In this document: one piece after another, positions 1 to 8,488 of the stretch
How the letters are laid out: every line of letters starts with the position of its first letter
Position numbering within the stretch: the first letter of the stretch is position 1
NCBI GenBank assembly: GCA_016839605.1
Contig: JAEOTX010000180.1
Span: forward strand, 1 to 34,772
DNA: 34,772 bases
DNA from: Candidatus Thorarchaeota archaeon
GTDB lineage: Archaea > Asgardarchaeota > Thorarchaeia > Thorarchaeales > Thorarchaeaceae
Direction of reading: 5' to 3'
Program-made: the position numbers and the translations under genes
The notes under the pieces: generated by a model
Told to the model about the DNA's origin: nothing
What the model saw: the letters and a program-made list of their open reading frames with translations, nothing else
Databases searched by the model: none

Positions 1-458
1 TCTAGTAGCTTCATAGCAGGGACTGGAGAGAAATAGTGCATACCTACGAATTTGTCAGCACGGCTGGTGGCATTTGCTAGTTCGTCGATGCTTAGAGAAG
101 ATGTGTTTGTGGCTAAGATGCAGTGTGCTGGTGCAACTGCGTCTATCTTAGCAAAAACTTCCTTCTTGACTTCCATATTCTCAAAAATGGCCTCGATGAC
201 AAGATCTGCATCCTTCACAGCTGCTTCAGTGTCTGTGGTTCCGCTTAGTCTTGACATGAGACCCTCAGCATCAGTGATAGACATCTTGCCTTTATCTATG
301 CCAGTCATGACATCGGTTCGAAGTCGTTCCATGCCTTTGTCCACAAGGTCCTGGTTGATGTCGACCATTGTGACCTCATACCCATTCCAAGCGGACACAT
401 ATGCAATTCCAGCGCCCATTAGGCCTGAGCCAATAATTGCGATCTTCTTGACGTCCAT
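1..458 (-). CDS. 3-hydroxyacyl-CoA dehydrogenase family protein (3' end runs off the window; absent from ORF track)
   Basis: Manual translation from ATG 458: MDVKKIAIIGSGLMGAGIAYVSAWNGYEVTMVDI...ADLVIEAIFENMEVKKEVF...ILATNTSSLSI...FVGMHYFSPVPAMKLLE. Rossmann GxGxxG, NTSS and GMHxFxP motifs present; GAGGTG SD upstream. Confidence 0.95.
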   Translation of the reverse strand, partial: MDVKKIAIIGSGLMGAGIAYVSAWNGYEVTMVDINQDLVDKGMERLRTDVMTGIDKGKMSITDAEGLMSRLSGTTDTEAAVKDADLVIEAIFENMEVKKEVFAKIDAVAPAHCILATNTSSLSIDELANATSRADKFVGMHYFSPVPAMKLL

Positions 459-469
459 TTCAGACACCT

Positions 470-829
470 CTACATCGCACCCATCATGGCTGCAAGAATC
501 AAGTTGGCTAAGAAGTCGCTCTCATGAGCATTGCCAATGACCTCGAGGCTGCCATCCTTCATGGTGTCCTTGAAAGGCACCTCACCAGTGAAGATGCCAA
601 GCAGGATTGAAGATTGGGCCTTGTATATCACATCTGGACTTGGGTAAATGCCCTCATGAAGGGTCATAGCCTCCTTCGTGACCACCATGTACTGGTCGCC
701 CTCTTCGGTGTGCACTTGAAGGATTTTGCCGTCATAAGGACCAATCCAATCTGCAACCATTTTCTTGAGGTCTTCCTTCTCGTTAGTCTTTGATGCGAGG
801 AACTTGAAGAACTCCTGTAATTGTGACAT
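470..829 (-). CDS. SCP2 sterol/lipid-binding domain protein
   Basis: Likely start ATG 829 (MSQLQEFF), with GGAGG in the end of the upstream gene. C-terminal PDVIYKAQSSILLGIFTGEVPFKDTMKDGSLEVIGN matches the SCP2 pattern. Confidence 0.75.
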   Translation of the reverse strand: MSQLQEFFKFLASKTNEKEDLKKMVADWIGPYDGKILQVHTEEGDQYMVVTKEAMTLHEGIYPSPDVIYKAQSSILLGIFTGEVPFKDTMKDGSLEVIGNAHESDFLANLILAAMMGAM

Positions 830-833
830 CTTC

Positions 834-1361
834 TCATTCCTCCTTAGCAATCCAGTCATTGACTGCTTCTTGCATTGCAGAGTCAATACTGACTGTCCAG
901 ATATTCCCTTTCTTCTTCTTCACAGCGCCAAGAAACTCGTCATAGTGTTCGCCATCCATTGTGACGACAACTCGTCCTTTCCGATCCTCCAGGAACGCCT
1001 GATGGTACATCTTCTTTCCACTCCAATACTCGTGTTTGATATCGCCTTCCTTTAACCGAGGATAGAAGGGCCACTCTCCAGTAGGATGAGGTCGAAACTT
1101 CTTCGCTCCGGATTTCCATTTCTTGACTTTGTCCCCAGTGGCTTCCTTGAACCCAGGTCTGAAAGGCCATTGCGATACATAGCGGAATCCCTTCTCACCA
1201 TCCACCTCACCTTTGGACCATCTGCCAGTATAGACTCGTGCACCCCTGTTATCACAGAATTGTTCCATAACAACTTCAATGAAACCTTCAGGAGTCAATC
1301 CAGCTTCTTCAGCTAGTTTCTTCATGTTCTCTAGGGTATCTCCCTCAAAATCGACTTCCAT
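834..1361 (-). CDS. Hypothetical protein, possible RHH-like segments at both ends
   Basis: 175-aa ORF packed in an operon with 4-bp gaps on both sides. N-terminal MEVDFEGDTLENMKKLAEEAGLTPEGFIEVVMEQF and C-terminal RVVVTMDGEHYDEF...SIDSAMQEAVNDW have a strand-helix-helix pattern. Confidence 0.7.
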   Translation of the reverse strand: MEVDFEGDTLENMKKLAEEAGLTPEGFIEVVMEQFCDNRGARVYTGRWSKGEVDGEKGFRYVSQWPFRPGFKEATGDKVKKWKSGAKKFRPHPTGEWPFYPRLKEGDIKHEYWSGKKMYHQAFLEDRKGRVVVTMDGEHYDEFLGAVKKKKGNIWTVSIDSAMQEAVNDWIAKEE

Positions 1362-1365
1362 GATA

Positions 1366-2130
1366 TCACCCCTTCTTCTTAAACGCTAGACGTTTCCATG
1401 GGAGACCCCAGCGCTCCTCGTACATTAAACCCTCGAGTGGTGGTCTGCTGGGTCCAAGTGCACGGGGCGATACTCGCGTCCCTATACAGAACGCCGTCAA
1501 GGGCAGCCATGTTGGTGGAATTCCAAGTCTGTCGCGAATGAGCATAGAATGACGAGGGTCGGAGCAGACCAATGCTTCATACCCACAGCCGTATCCAAGT
1601 TCAGTTGCAGTTAACCACATGTTCTGAATAGCCATGCCTGCAACCACTGACCCAAACAGGTCGTTGGGATATTGATACCCCGCATCATGCCACATTTCGC
1701 TGGCACACACAATTATTACTGCATCACTCTTCTCAGGATACCTGAAAAGTTCCCCATCTCGAAGTCTTGCATAGACAGCAGCCCGATAAGGATCATTAAT
1801 GAACCAGTTCCTTCCGCTTGTCAACTCAAAGGGGGCCCCACCAAAGGCCGTTTGAGCCATCTCTTGCGCTATATCAGCAAGGAACTCTTTCATATCTTGG
1901 TCGTCTCTTATTACTACGAAACGAACCATGAGCATGTTCTCGGGACTTGGTGCATGTCTGGCAGATTCAAGAATCATCTCTAAATGCTCGTCGGGTATTT
2001 TCTCGCCAGTGAATTCACGTATAGAACGTCTGTCACGGATGAGCTTCAAGGACTGCAATTCCTGAGCAACCTTGGCATCATCCTTGGCTTCACCAGCGGC
2101 ATCCGACTTGCCTTCAGCATCTGTTGCCAT
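1366..2130 (-). CDS. Nitroreductase family protein
   Basis: RRSIREF, ARHAPSPEN and AIQNMWLTATELGYGCG motifs; GAGGTGA SD. Confidence 0.92.
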   Translation of the reverse strand: MATDAEGKSDAAGEAKDDAKVAQELQSLKLIRDRRSIREFTGEKIPDEHLEMILESARHAPSPENMLMVRFVVIRDDQDMKEFLADIAQEMAQTAFGGAPFELTSGRNWFINDPYRAAVYARLRDGELFRYPEKSDAVIIVCASEMWHDAGYQYPNDLFGSVVAGMAIQNMWLTATELGYGCGYEALVCSDPRHSMLIRDRLGIPPTWLPLTAFCIGTRVSPRALGPSRPPLEGLMYEERWGLPWKRLAFKKKG

Positions 2131-2422
2131 AGATTCACCTCATGTTATATGATAAATGCGGACCTCGGTGACAATGGGCGGCATAAATGTATTAGCTTTC
2201 ATTAACGAAACCAGTTTGTACTTGGTTGCTGAATCTATTGACGAATGATACATCGTGACGTGTCGAGGCTATGCGTAGATATACTACCAAGTCATGTCTG
2301 GGGCATATCCTGAATACTAACCCAGTATTGGCTTGGATATACAAGATAACTTATGTCAGCTACCATTTCAGATGCCTAGAGCATACTCAACTCTCCCGGT
2401 TAATCGTGTGCTCTATTCTTTC

Positions 2423-2452
2423 TTGAGCGGGAGCGGACGCGCTCCTTCTCAA
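2423..2452 (-). terminator. Stem-loop just downstream of the DRTGG gene (terminator or 3' stabiliser)
   Basis: TTGAG-C-GGGAGCG-GACG-CGCTCCT-T-CTCAA inverted repeat about 22 nt past the stop at 2475. Confidence 0.5.
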
Positions 2453-2474
2453 AATCCTGTTGTTTCAGAGAGAG

Positions 2475-3539
2475 TCATGAGTCAAATCCTGTAAGGTCGA
2501 TAGCCTCACCAACAATCTTCTGAACAATGGCAATCTTCTCTTTGTTCTCTGGAGAGACCATTCCTACCAACCTGTCTACTAGCTGCCCTGTAGTATAGGT
2601 GTCGTGAGCGGTCATCATGATAGGAATGCCAAGCTCCTTTGCTCTGGACAGAGTGCGAATATCGGGCCCCATTCCACCAGTGAGTATCAGAAGATTCGTA
2701 TCAGTTTCAAGTGCGGCTAAGCATATATCAGACCGGTCTCCACTTGTGATGACAGCTTTGTCTTTCGCTCTTCTGAACCACTTGAGAGCATTCTCTGGTG
2801 CCATACTTCCTACTAGGAAGCGATCAATAAGAAGATCTAACTTATCATTTCCCGCAATCATCTGGCCTTCAAGCGCTCTCAAGATGTCTCTGACCGTGGG
2901 ACTGAACAGCTCTCTTCTTTGATAGATGACTCCTAGAAACTTCATGCAGTTCTCTTCCAGGAAGGGCTTGATTTTCTTCTCGACAGTCTTCTTGAGCATA
3001 GGAGCTACCATGTTGAGGATAACACCAATTTCACTAATGCCATGCTGAGTGAATAGGTCTCTCTGGAGAAACACAGCATCAATCGCGGCCACATCTGGAA
3101 AATTGACCAAGACGATGACTGAAGCACTAAGCTCCTTCGCAATCTGGGGAGCTGAAAGGTCTACATGCAGGAGATTCCAAGGTGCTTTTGCGCTCTCTAT
3201 GACCATGTAATCCATTCCAGACGCACCCTTGCTATAGCACTCATTGATTTTCTTGAGAAGCTTATCATGCCCAACTCGTAGCAATTCATCGTAGCTTGAC
3301 TTTGTCCGGATAATAGGGCAGACACAGGACACGTCAACTTCAAGCCCCAGAACCTCCTTCATTATAGCTGCATCTTCATCGACATCTATGTCCTCGGAGC
3401 TATACTCAAAGCTCTTACTTCCTACTGGCTTGAAATAACCGACCTTGTGCCCTTCTTTCCGTAGCTTCCCTACAAGAGCTAGAGCTACCATGGTCTTACC
3501 TGTCATAGTTTCGCCACTAATCACGATATTCTTCGTCAT
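2475..3539 (-). CDS. Phosphotransacetylase-N-terminal-like protein (BioD-like AAA + DRTGG domain)
   Basis: GETMTGKT P-loop, GYFKPVG, ITSGDRSDI and LILTGG motifs. ATG 3539 lies immediately after the acd stop, with a GGAGGAG SD. Confidence 0.9.
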   Translation of the reverse strand: MTKNIVISGETMTGKTMVALALVGKLRKEGHKVGYFKPVGSKSFEYSSEDIDVDEDAAIMKEVLGLEVDVSCVCPIIRTKSSYDELLRVGHDKLLKKINECYSKGASGMDYMVIESAKAPWNLLHVDLSAPQIAKELSASVIVLVNFPDVAAIDAVFLQRDLFTQHGISEIGVILNMVAPMLKKTVEKKIKPFLEENCMKFLGVIYQRRELFSPTVRDILRALEGQMIAGNDKLDLLIDRFLVGSMAPENALKWFRRAKDKAVITSGDRSDICLAALETDTNLLILTGGMGPDIRTLSRAKELGIPIMMTAHDTYTTGQLVDRLVGMVSPENKEKIAIVQKIVGEAIDLTGFDS

Positions 3540-3540
3540 A

Positions 3541-5664
3541 TCATTCTCCTCCAATCGTAATCTTCACATCCACTGCAATTACACCATTACCCTTCTCGTA
3601 AGCGAATGCGGGATTGATGTCAAGCTCGACAATTTCCTTGAAGTCGCAAACAAGCTGAGAGATTCGCAGAATTGTATCTGCTATTGCATCAATATCACTT
3701 GGCTCCTCGCCTCTCACTCCCTGAAGCAATGTCCCCATTTTTGTCTCAGCAATCAAATCAGATGCATCACTGCGAGTCATTGGTGCAAGTCTAAATGAAA
3801 CATCTTTTAGATAATTGACAAAGATTCCACCTGCTCCAAACATGATTAGCGGACCGAATTGAATATCCCGGGAACACCCGATAATCAGCTCTTTGCCCTT
3901 CATCGCCATTTCTTGGACATCAACACCATAAACTACTGCTCTGGGTACATGTGTCCTAACATTATCCAAAATCTGAAGAAAGGCATTTTTGACCTCTTCT
4001 TCGGATTTCAAACCAATCATAAGTCCACCAATGTCGCTCTTGTGAACGATGTCAGGGCTTGCTATCTTCATAACCACTGGGAAGCCAATTTCAGCAGCAA
4101 TCGCTTGAGCTTCCTCAGCACTTGTAGCAAGTTGCGTTCTTGCCACACGAATACCATACGCTTCAGCAATCACATGCGCTTCGCTGCCGAGCATCACTCT
4201 TCTATGATCATTACGAACGTGCTTGATTATCTCTTTCACCCGCTTCTTATCCACTTTGAACTTCGGAGGTGTTTCATCTTTCAAGCTGTCTCTCACAACT
4301 GTATATCGATAGAGCTCGGCAATTGCATTCACTGCACGTTCTGGAAAGTCAAATACAGGGATTCCACCTTCATTCAGAACAATACGCGGATAAGTCATTG
4401 AATTACCGCCCATAAAGACAGCTAGAAGGGGTTTGGTTGGATACTTCTTTTTGGATTCAACAATTACCTGTGCAGTTTCAGTTTCTTTTGTCATAGCTTG
4501 GGGAGTAAGTAAGACAAGAACAGCATCAACATTTTCATCTTGTAAGGTTGCGTCCACGCAAAGAGCATAATCCTGAGGCTGGGCGGTCCCAAGTGCATCG
4601 ACTGGATTATATACAGAAGCTGCAGAGGGGAGTCCTTTCTTCATCGTTTCAATGGTGGATGGCGAGAATTTTGCCATTGCTAGGCCACTCATTTCAACGG
4701 CATCAGTAGTAATGATTCCAGGACCTCCTGCATTTGTAACGATTGCAACCCGATTTCCGCCCGGCAAGTGACAGTCATCAAACACATTTGCTACATCAAA
4801 CAACTCGGACATACTATCTGCCCGTATCACACCACACTGCTTGAAGGCAACGGAATATGCTGTATCGCTCCCGGCAAGTGAACCGGTATGAGATGAAGCG
4901 GCTCGTGCACCAGCTGTGCTCACTCCTGATTTGACCACATAGATGGGCTTGTGAGGCGCGATTTTTCTACAGGCTTCCATGAACTTCTTGCCATCCACCA
5001 CTGATTCGATGTAGAGCAATATGAAATTCGAGTCAGGGTCTCGGCCAAACGACTCTACGAAATCAGTCTCGTCCAGCTGAGCTTTGTTTCCAAGACTTAC
5101 GAATTTGGAGAATCCAATCTTCTCCATCAGACTCCAGTCAAGAATGCCAGTCATCAACGCGCCAGACTGAGAGGCAAAAGCCACACTTCCCTTCTCCGGA
5201 GTACCAGCGGCAAATGATGCATTGTAAGGAGCAAATGTGTTCACTATTCCAAGACAGTTGGGTCCCTGTACAATCATGTCATATTTCTCAGCAATCTCGA
5301 CTATCTTCTTTTCAGCTTCTTGGCCTTCATGTCCAATCTCCTTGAAACCCGCGGTGATAATGACGAGAGCGGTAACGCCCTTCTGCCCGCATTCCTCTAT
5401 GACAGGAAGGACATACTTTGCAGGGATTACTATAACTGCTACATCGATCTCTCCCGCTACTTCGGATACTGACCTGAATGCTTTCAGGCCTAGAATCTCC
5501 CCACCCTTAGGATTGATTGGGTATACTCGACCCTCAAAGCCGCTATCGATGAGGTTGCGGACCACATCGTTTCCTAGTTTTCCCTTGGTAGAAGATGCGC
5601 CAATCACGGCTATCGACTTTGGATTGAATAATACATCAATACCCTTCTGTCTGTCCAAGTTCAA
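3541..5664 (-). CDS. acdAB: Acetate--CoA ligase (ADP-forming), fused alpha/beta
   Basis: SIAVIGAS CoA-binding fold, GPNCLG, SQSGA, SHTGSLAG (phospho-His), NAGGPG, and ATP-grasp KIASPDIVHKSDIGG and ELDINP. Start is TTG at 5664 or 5658 (uncertain). Confidence 0.95.
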   Translation of the reverse strand: MNLDRQKGIDVLFNPKSIAVIGASSTKGKLGNDVVRNLIDSGFEGRVYPINPKGGEILGLKAFRSVSEVAGEIDVAVIVIPAKYVLPVIEECGQKGVTALVIITAGFKEIGHEGQEAEKKIVEIAEKYDMIVQGPNCLGIVNTFAPYNASFAAGTPEKGSVAFASQSGALMTGILDWSLMEKIGFSKFVSLGNKAQLDETDFVESFGRDPDSNFILLYIESVVDGKKFMEACRKIAPHKPIYVVKSGVSTAGARAASSHTGSLAGSDTAYSVAFKQCGVIRADSMSELFDVANVFDDCHLPGGNRVAIVTNAGGPGIITTDAVEMSGLAMAKFSPSTIETMKKGLPSAASVYNPVDALGTAQPQDYALCVDATLQDENVDAVLVLLTPQAMTKETETAQVIVESKKKYPTKPLLAVFMGGNSMTYPRIVLNEGGIPVFDFPERAVNAIAELYRYTVVRDSLKDETPPKFKVDKKRVKEIIKHVRNDHRRVMLGSEAHVIAEAYGIRVARTQLATSAEEAQAIAAEIGFPVVMKIASPDIVHKSDIGGLMIGLKSEEEVKNAFLQILDNVRTHVPRAVVYGVDVQEMAMKGKELIIGCSRDIQFGPLIMFGAGGIFVNYLKDVSFRLAPMTRSDASDLIAETKMGTLLQGVRGEEPSDIDAIADTILRISQLVCDFKEIVELDINPAFAYEKGNGVIAVDVKITIGGE

Positions 5665-5814
5665 GCACGACCAGGTCAAATCAATGCAGGGGTCTCCGAG
5701 GCAATGATGGTATGATATACCTTCTGCCCTTGATGAAATCTGGATATTCGAGTGAAAGAAATAGGAGATTTCGGTTTCGTATATGGGACCCTGTATTACT
5801 TACAATCATATTCG

Positions 5815-5848
5815 TGTGTTACACAGGTTTCACACAGGTGTTACCCAC
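5815..5848 (+). promoter_or_regulatory. Three tandem 11-bp repeats abutting the RHH start codon (putative RHH operator array)
   Basis: GTGTTACACAG (5816-26), GTTTCACACAG (5827-37), GTGTTACCCAC (5838-48), then ATG 5849. Includes palindrome TGTGT-T-ACACA (5815-25) and an AGGTG SD. Confidence 0.6.
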
Positions 5849-5989
5849 ATGAAGCTTGTAACTTTGCATATTCCCGAAACATACGTTGAGGGTCTCGAGA
5901 AATTGGTAGATAGTAATCTCTATCCAAATCGTTCTGAAGCGATTAGAATCGCTATTCGTGATCTTCTGAAGCGGGAGCTTTGGGAGTAA
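5849..5989 (+). CDS. Ribbon-helix-helix regulator, CdrS-like (copy 1), 46 aa
   Basis: MKLVTLHIPETYVEGLEKLVDSNLYPNRSEAIRIAIRDLLKRELWE. The VTLxIP...PNRSEAIR signature matches archaeal CdrS/CopG-type RHH proteins. Confidence 0.9.
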   Translation: MKLVTLHIPETYVEGLEKLVDSNLYPNRSEAIRIAIRDLLKRELWE

Positions 5990-6008
5990 ATAGGAGTGAA
6001 GGAAAGAA

Positions 6009-6149
6009 ATGAAGCTAATCACGCTTCACGTCCCGGAGCAGTATATAGAAGGTCTTGAGAAACTGGTTGACAACAAGCTTTATCCCAACAGATCTGAAGC
6101 CATTCGAATTGCTATACGAGACCTCTTGAAGAGAGAGCTCTGGGGCTAG
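6009..6149 (+). CDS. Ribbon-helix-helix regulator, CdrS-like (copy 2), 46 aa; absent from ORF track
   Basis: MKLITLHVPEQYIEGLEKLVDNKLYPNRSEAIRIAIRDLLKRELWG, 39/46 identical to copy 1; purine-rich GGAGTGAAGG leader. Confidence 0.9.
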   Translation: MKLITLHVPEQYIEGLEKLVDNKLYPNRSEAIRIAIRDLLKRELWG

Positions 6150-6202
6150 AGGCAAAACCTGAATTAAGAGATAGCGAAGGCTTGTATGCAAATCCATCCT
6201 AG

Positions 6203-6242
6203 GCATCCGAGATTGATTGAAAAGGGCTTTTTCTTCGGATGC
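6203..6242 (+). terminator. Hairpin after the RHH pair
   Basis: GCATCCGA (6203-10) pairs with TCGGATGC (6235-42), with an inner GAAAAG/CTTTTTC stem. Confidence 0.5.
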
Positions 6243-6383
6243 TTTGTCGACTCTTAGTCGCAGCTATAGAACGCTGTATAAACAAAACTTAATATTGCCT
6301 CATATAATATAATCATTGCAGGTAGGGTTCTGCTTGACCTTCGACTCGGAGTACGCTTAAACATCGAACTAGGAGCTTCATGA

Positions 6384-7358
6384 ATGGGACCTGATTCAAC
6401 CTCCGTAGCTGGACCTATGAACGGGAGCACTCGCTTGGTTAAAGGATGCCCGTGTTTCAAGGAGTTTGGAAAAGAGAAGGTCTGTCTAAACAACGATGAC
6501 ATTATTCCAATCGTTTCGATTGCAGTTGACCCCATGTTCCTAGGTGATACCGCAACAGTTGAAGACCTTGCGAATCTTAAGAGCGACAACGAGAGCATGT
6601 GCTACCTTCTAATCTTTCTTGATGCCGAGGGTGAAAAGACGTATTGTATAAGTCAGGGGCAGAAAATTCGCATCAACGAACAGGATGTGAAAGCGTCCGA
6701 GATTCTTGCTGCACTACAGTTTGTGACCACAGCTGAACAGGCAAGTGATGGCATTGTCTGCTCTTCATGTCTGTACAAGTATCTTGTCACACTTGGAGAC
6801 ACTTTTGATGATGTCTTGACGGAAACTGAAAGGTCAGAGCTGATCTCCGCCTACGTCAGGGATATCACAGCTCAGATGGCTATTGAACTGATAGGATCCA
6901 AAGAAATTACAGATCCAGAGGTTATAGACGAACTCGTCAGCAGCAGCATCAGCCAGCTATTGACAATGAGAATCACCTGGGCATCCGTATTGCACGACCT
7001 CAAAGCAGAGAGCGAAGACAACAAACAACTCATTGAGCTCATAAGCCGCTATAGACAGCTGGCTCGATTTGAAACGATATTTCTCTTTCAAGTTTCTACT
7101 TTGAGAGAGTCTGATGACAAACAGGTATCTATGGGACTATTGAGATTCATGATAGATGTTGCAGAACGCATCATCAGGGTCATTGGGATTATCAGAGAGT
7201 CTAGCCATAGCCTGTCTGATACTAGTGTCGTACCCGATTACATACAGGCGCTTTTGGATGACCAAGTCGAAAATCGAAATCGCACAGAGAAGTGGTTCAC
7301 AAACCTTGTGAAATTGCTTAATACGATTGAGATACGCACCGCACAAAAATCCTCATAA
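6384..7358 (+). CDS. Hypothetical Cys-rich protein, paralogue A
   Basis: 324-aa ORF with AGGAG SD; motifs GCPC, KVC, MCY, YCISQG and CSSCLYKY; helical C-terminal half. Confidence 0.85.
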   Translation: MGPDSTSVAGPMNGSTRLVKGCPCFKEFGKEKVCLNNDDIIPIVSIAVDPMFLGDTATVEDLANLKSDNESMCYLLIFLDAEGEKTYCISQGQKIRINEQDVKASEILAALQFVTTAEQASDGIVCSSCLYKYLVTLGDTFDDVLTETERSELISAYVRDITAQMAIELIGSKEITDPEVIDELVSSSISQLLTMRITWASVLHDLKAESEDNKQLIELISRYRQLARFETIFLFQVSTLRESDDKQVSMGLLRFMIDVAERIIRVIGIIRESSHSLSDTSVVPDYIQALLDDQVENRNRTEKWFTNLVKLLNTIEIRTAQKSS

Positions 7359-7377
7359 ACATGCGCGTCACTGAGAA

Positions 7378-8400
7378 ATGAGGTTAAGTGATAGACCTGC
7401 CCGCTACAGAATGGATATGGAGCCCGATGGAGTGACTGTAGGACTGAATGATGGCCAAAGCCAGAGTCAGATCAAGCTGGTTAGAGGATGCCCTTGCTAC
7501 AAAGTATTCGGAGACGAGAAGCTATGTGTCAATGATGACAGGGTTCTCGAAGTCGAAGCCATCGAGATAGATCCTGCACTCTTTTCTTTCCATAAGACCC
7601 GAGATAGTATGAAAGCTGAAGAAGCCATGGATGACAACGTGTGCTACACATCCATATTCGTCAACCATCCTGACAACAGAGTCTTCTGCATATCACAAGG
7701 ATGGGTCCTGAGAATCCATGGACGGGATGTTCCAGGTGATGATTTGGAAGATGCACTGCAGTTCCTATCGACCAAAGACCTTTCCGCAAGTGCAGAGATT
7801 TGCAGCGAATGCTTGTACAAATTTCTGTTGACCCTCTCAGACAAGTTTGCAGACACTATGTCGAAGAAGGAAAAGACTGACGAAGTGAAACGCTACGTGG
7901 ACAAATTCTCACTCATGATTGCTGTCAAGGCGAGTCAGACAGACAAGATGATGGAACCGATAGGCACTGAGGACGATATAGAGGAAGGTGTCGATCACTT
8001 CGAATTCCTCAGAAAATACCTTGTACAACTCCTTGAACAACAGCATAGCTGGACTGAGCTGTTGAGCGAATTCACAGATGAAGAAGAGATATGGCTACGA
8101 CAGATTGTGGAGGAGAGAGTGCGCCTAGCAAGACTGGAATATCAGTTCTACAGCCAAACCTTGCAGATAAGAGACATATACGACTTCAATATGCTCATTA
8201 AGATGCTGCAGTTCATTCTCAAGACTTCTAACGACATTCTGGATCTAAATGAACAAATCCATGCAGAAATCCGATCCAGACCGTTCTGTGAGAAAGCTGA
8301 ATCAGACACCAGATTGGAAAATCTAGCAGCCTACGGTGAAAAGAGTAGAACAGTGGAGCATAATTTCGGCAACATCCTTCAAATCCTCAGCAAGCTATGA
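7378..8400 (+). CDS. Hypothetical Cys-rich protein, paralogue B (true start may be ATG 7411 or 7417)
   Basis: Motifs GCPC, KLC, VCY, FCISQG and CSECLYKF align with paralogue A; MEPDG aligns with MGPDS. Confidence 0.85.
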   Translation: MRLSDRPARYRMDMEPDGVTVGLNDGQSQSQIKLVRGCPCYKVFGDEKLCVNDDRVLEVEAIEIDPALFSFHKTRDSMKAEEAMDDNVCYTSIFVNHPDNRVFCISQGWVLRIHGRDVPGDDLEDALQFLSTKDLSASAEICSECLYKFLLTLSDKFADTMSKKEKTDEVKRYVDKFSLMIAVKASQTDKMMEPIGTEDDIEEGVDHFEFLRKYLVQLLEQQHSWTELLSEFTDEEEIWLRQIVEERVRLARLEYQFYSQTLQIRDIYDFNMLIKMLQFILKTSNDILDLNEQIHAEIRSRPFCEKAESDTRLENLAAYGEKSRTVEHNFGNILQILSKL

Positions 8401-8488
8401 TTCGACTTCCTTCTACATTATGATTTGAGCAGGTCGATTTTGATATCTCAATCTAACCTCAGGTTCTTACTGGTCTCTGCAAGTGTTG

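Noticed and set aside
52-540. 162-aa plus-strand ORF, and the many similar antisense ORFs (e.g. 3859-4401, 12400-12930, 15798-16430)
   Set aside because: They are shadows of well-supported genes on the opposite strand, are often Ser-rich and have no motifs.
2131-2474. tRNA, ncRNA or CRISPR array in the longest intergenic gaps (also 29128-29417)
   Set aside because: No cloverleaf, T-loop motif or repeat-spacer pattern is visible by eye. An Infernal/Rfam scan would settle it.
6203-6242. Hairpin with GATTGA bulge considered as a second SECIS
   Set aside because: It lacks a proper AUGA/GA core and apical AA geometry, and the upstream RHH genes have no in-frame TGA.
6381-6383. In-frame TGA directly before ATG 6384 as a possible Sec codon
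   Set aside because: There is no upstream start or Cys context, and ATG 6384 has its own AGGAG SD and aligns with the paralogue start.
8430-8458. Imperfect inverted repeat between convergent genes
   Set aside because: Weak; at most an ordinary terminator, with no SECIS core.
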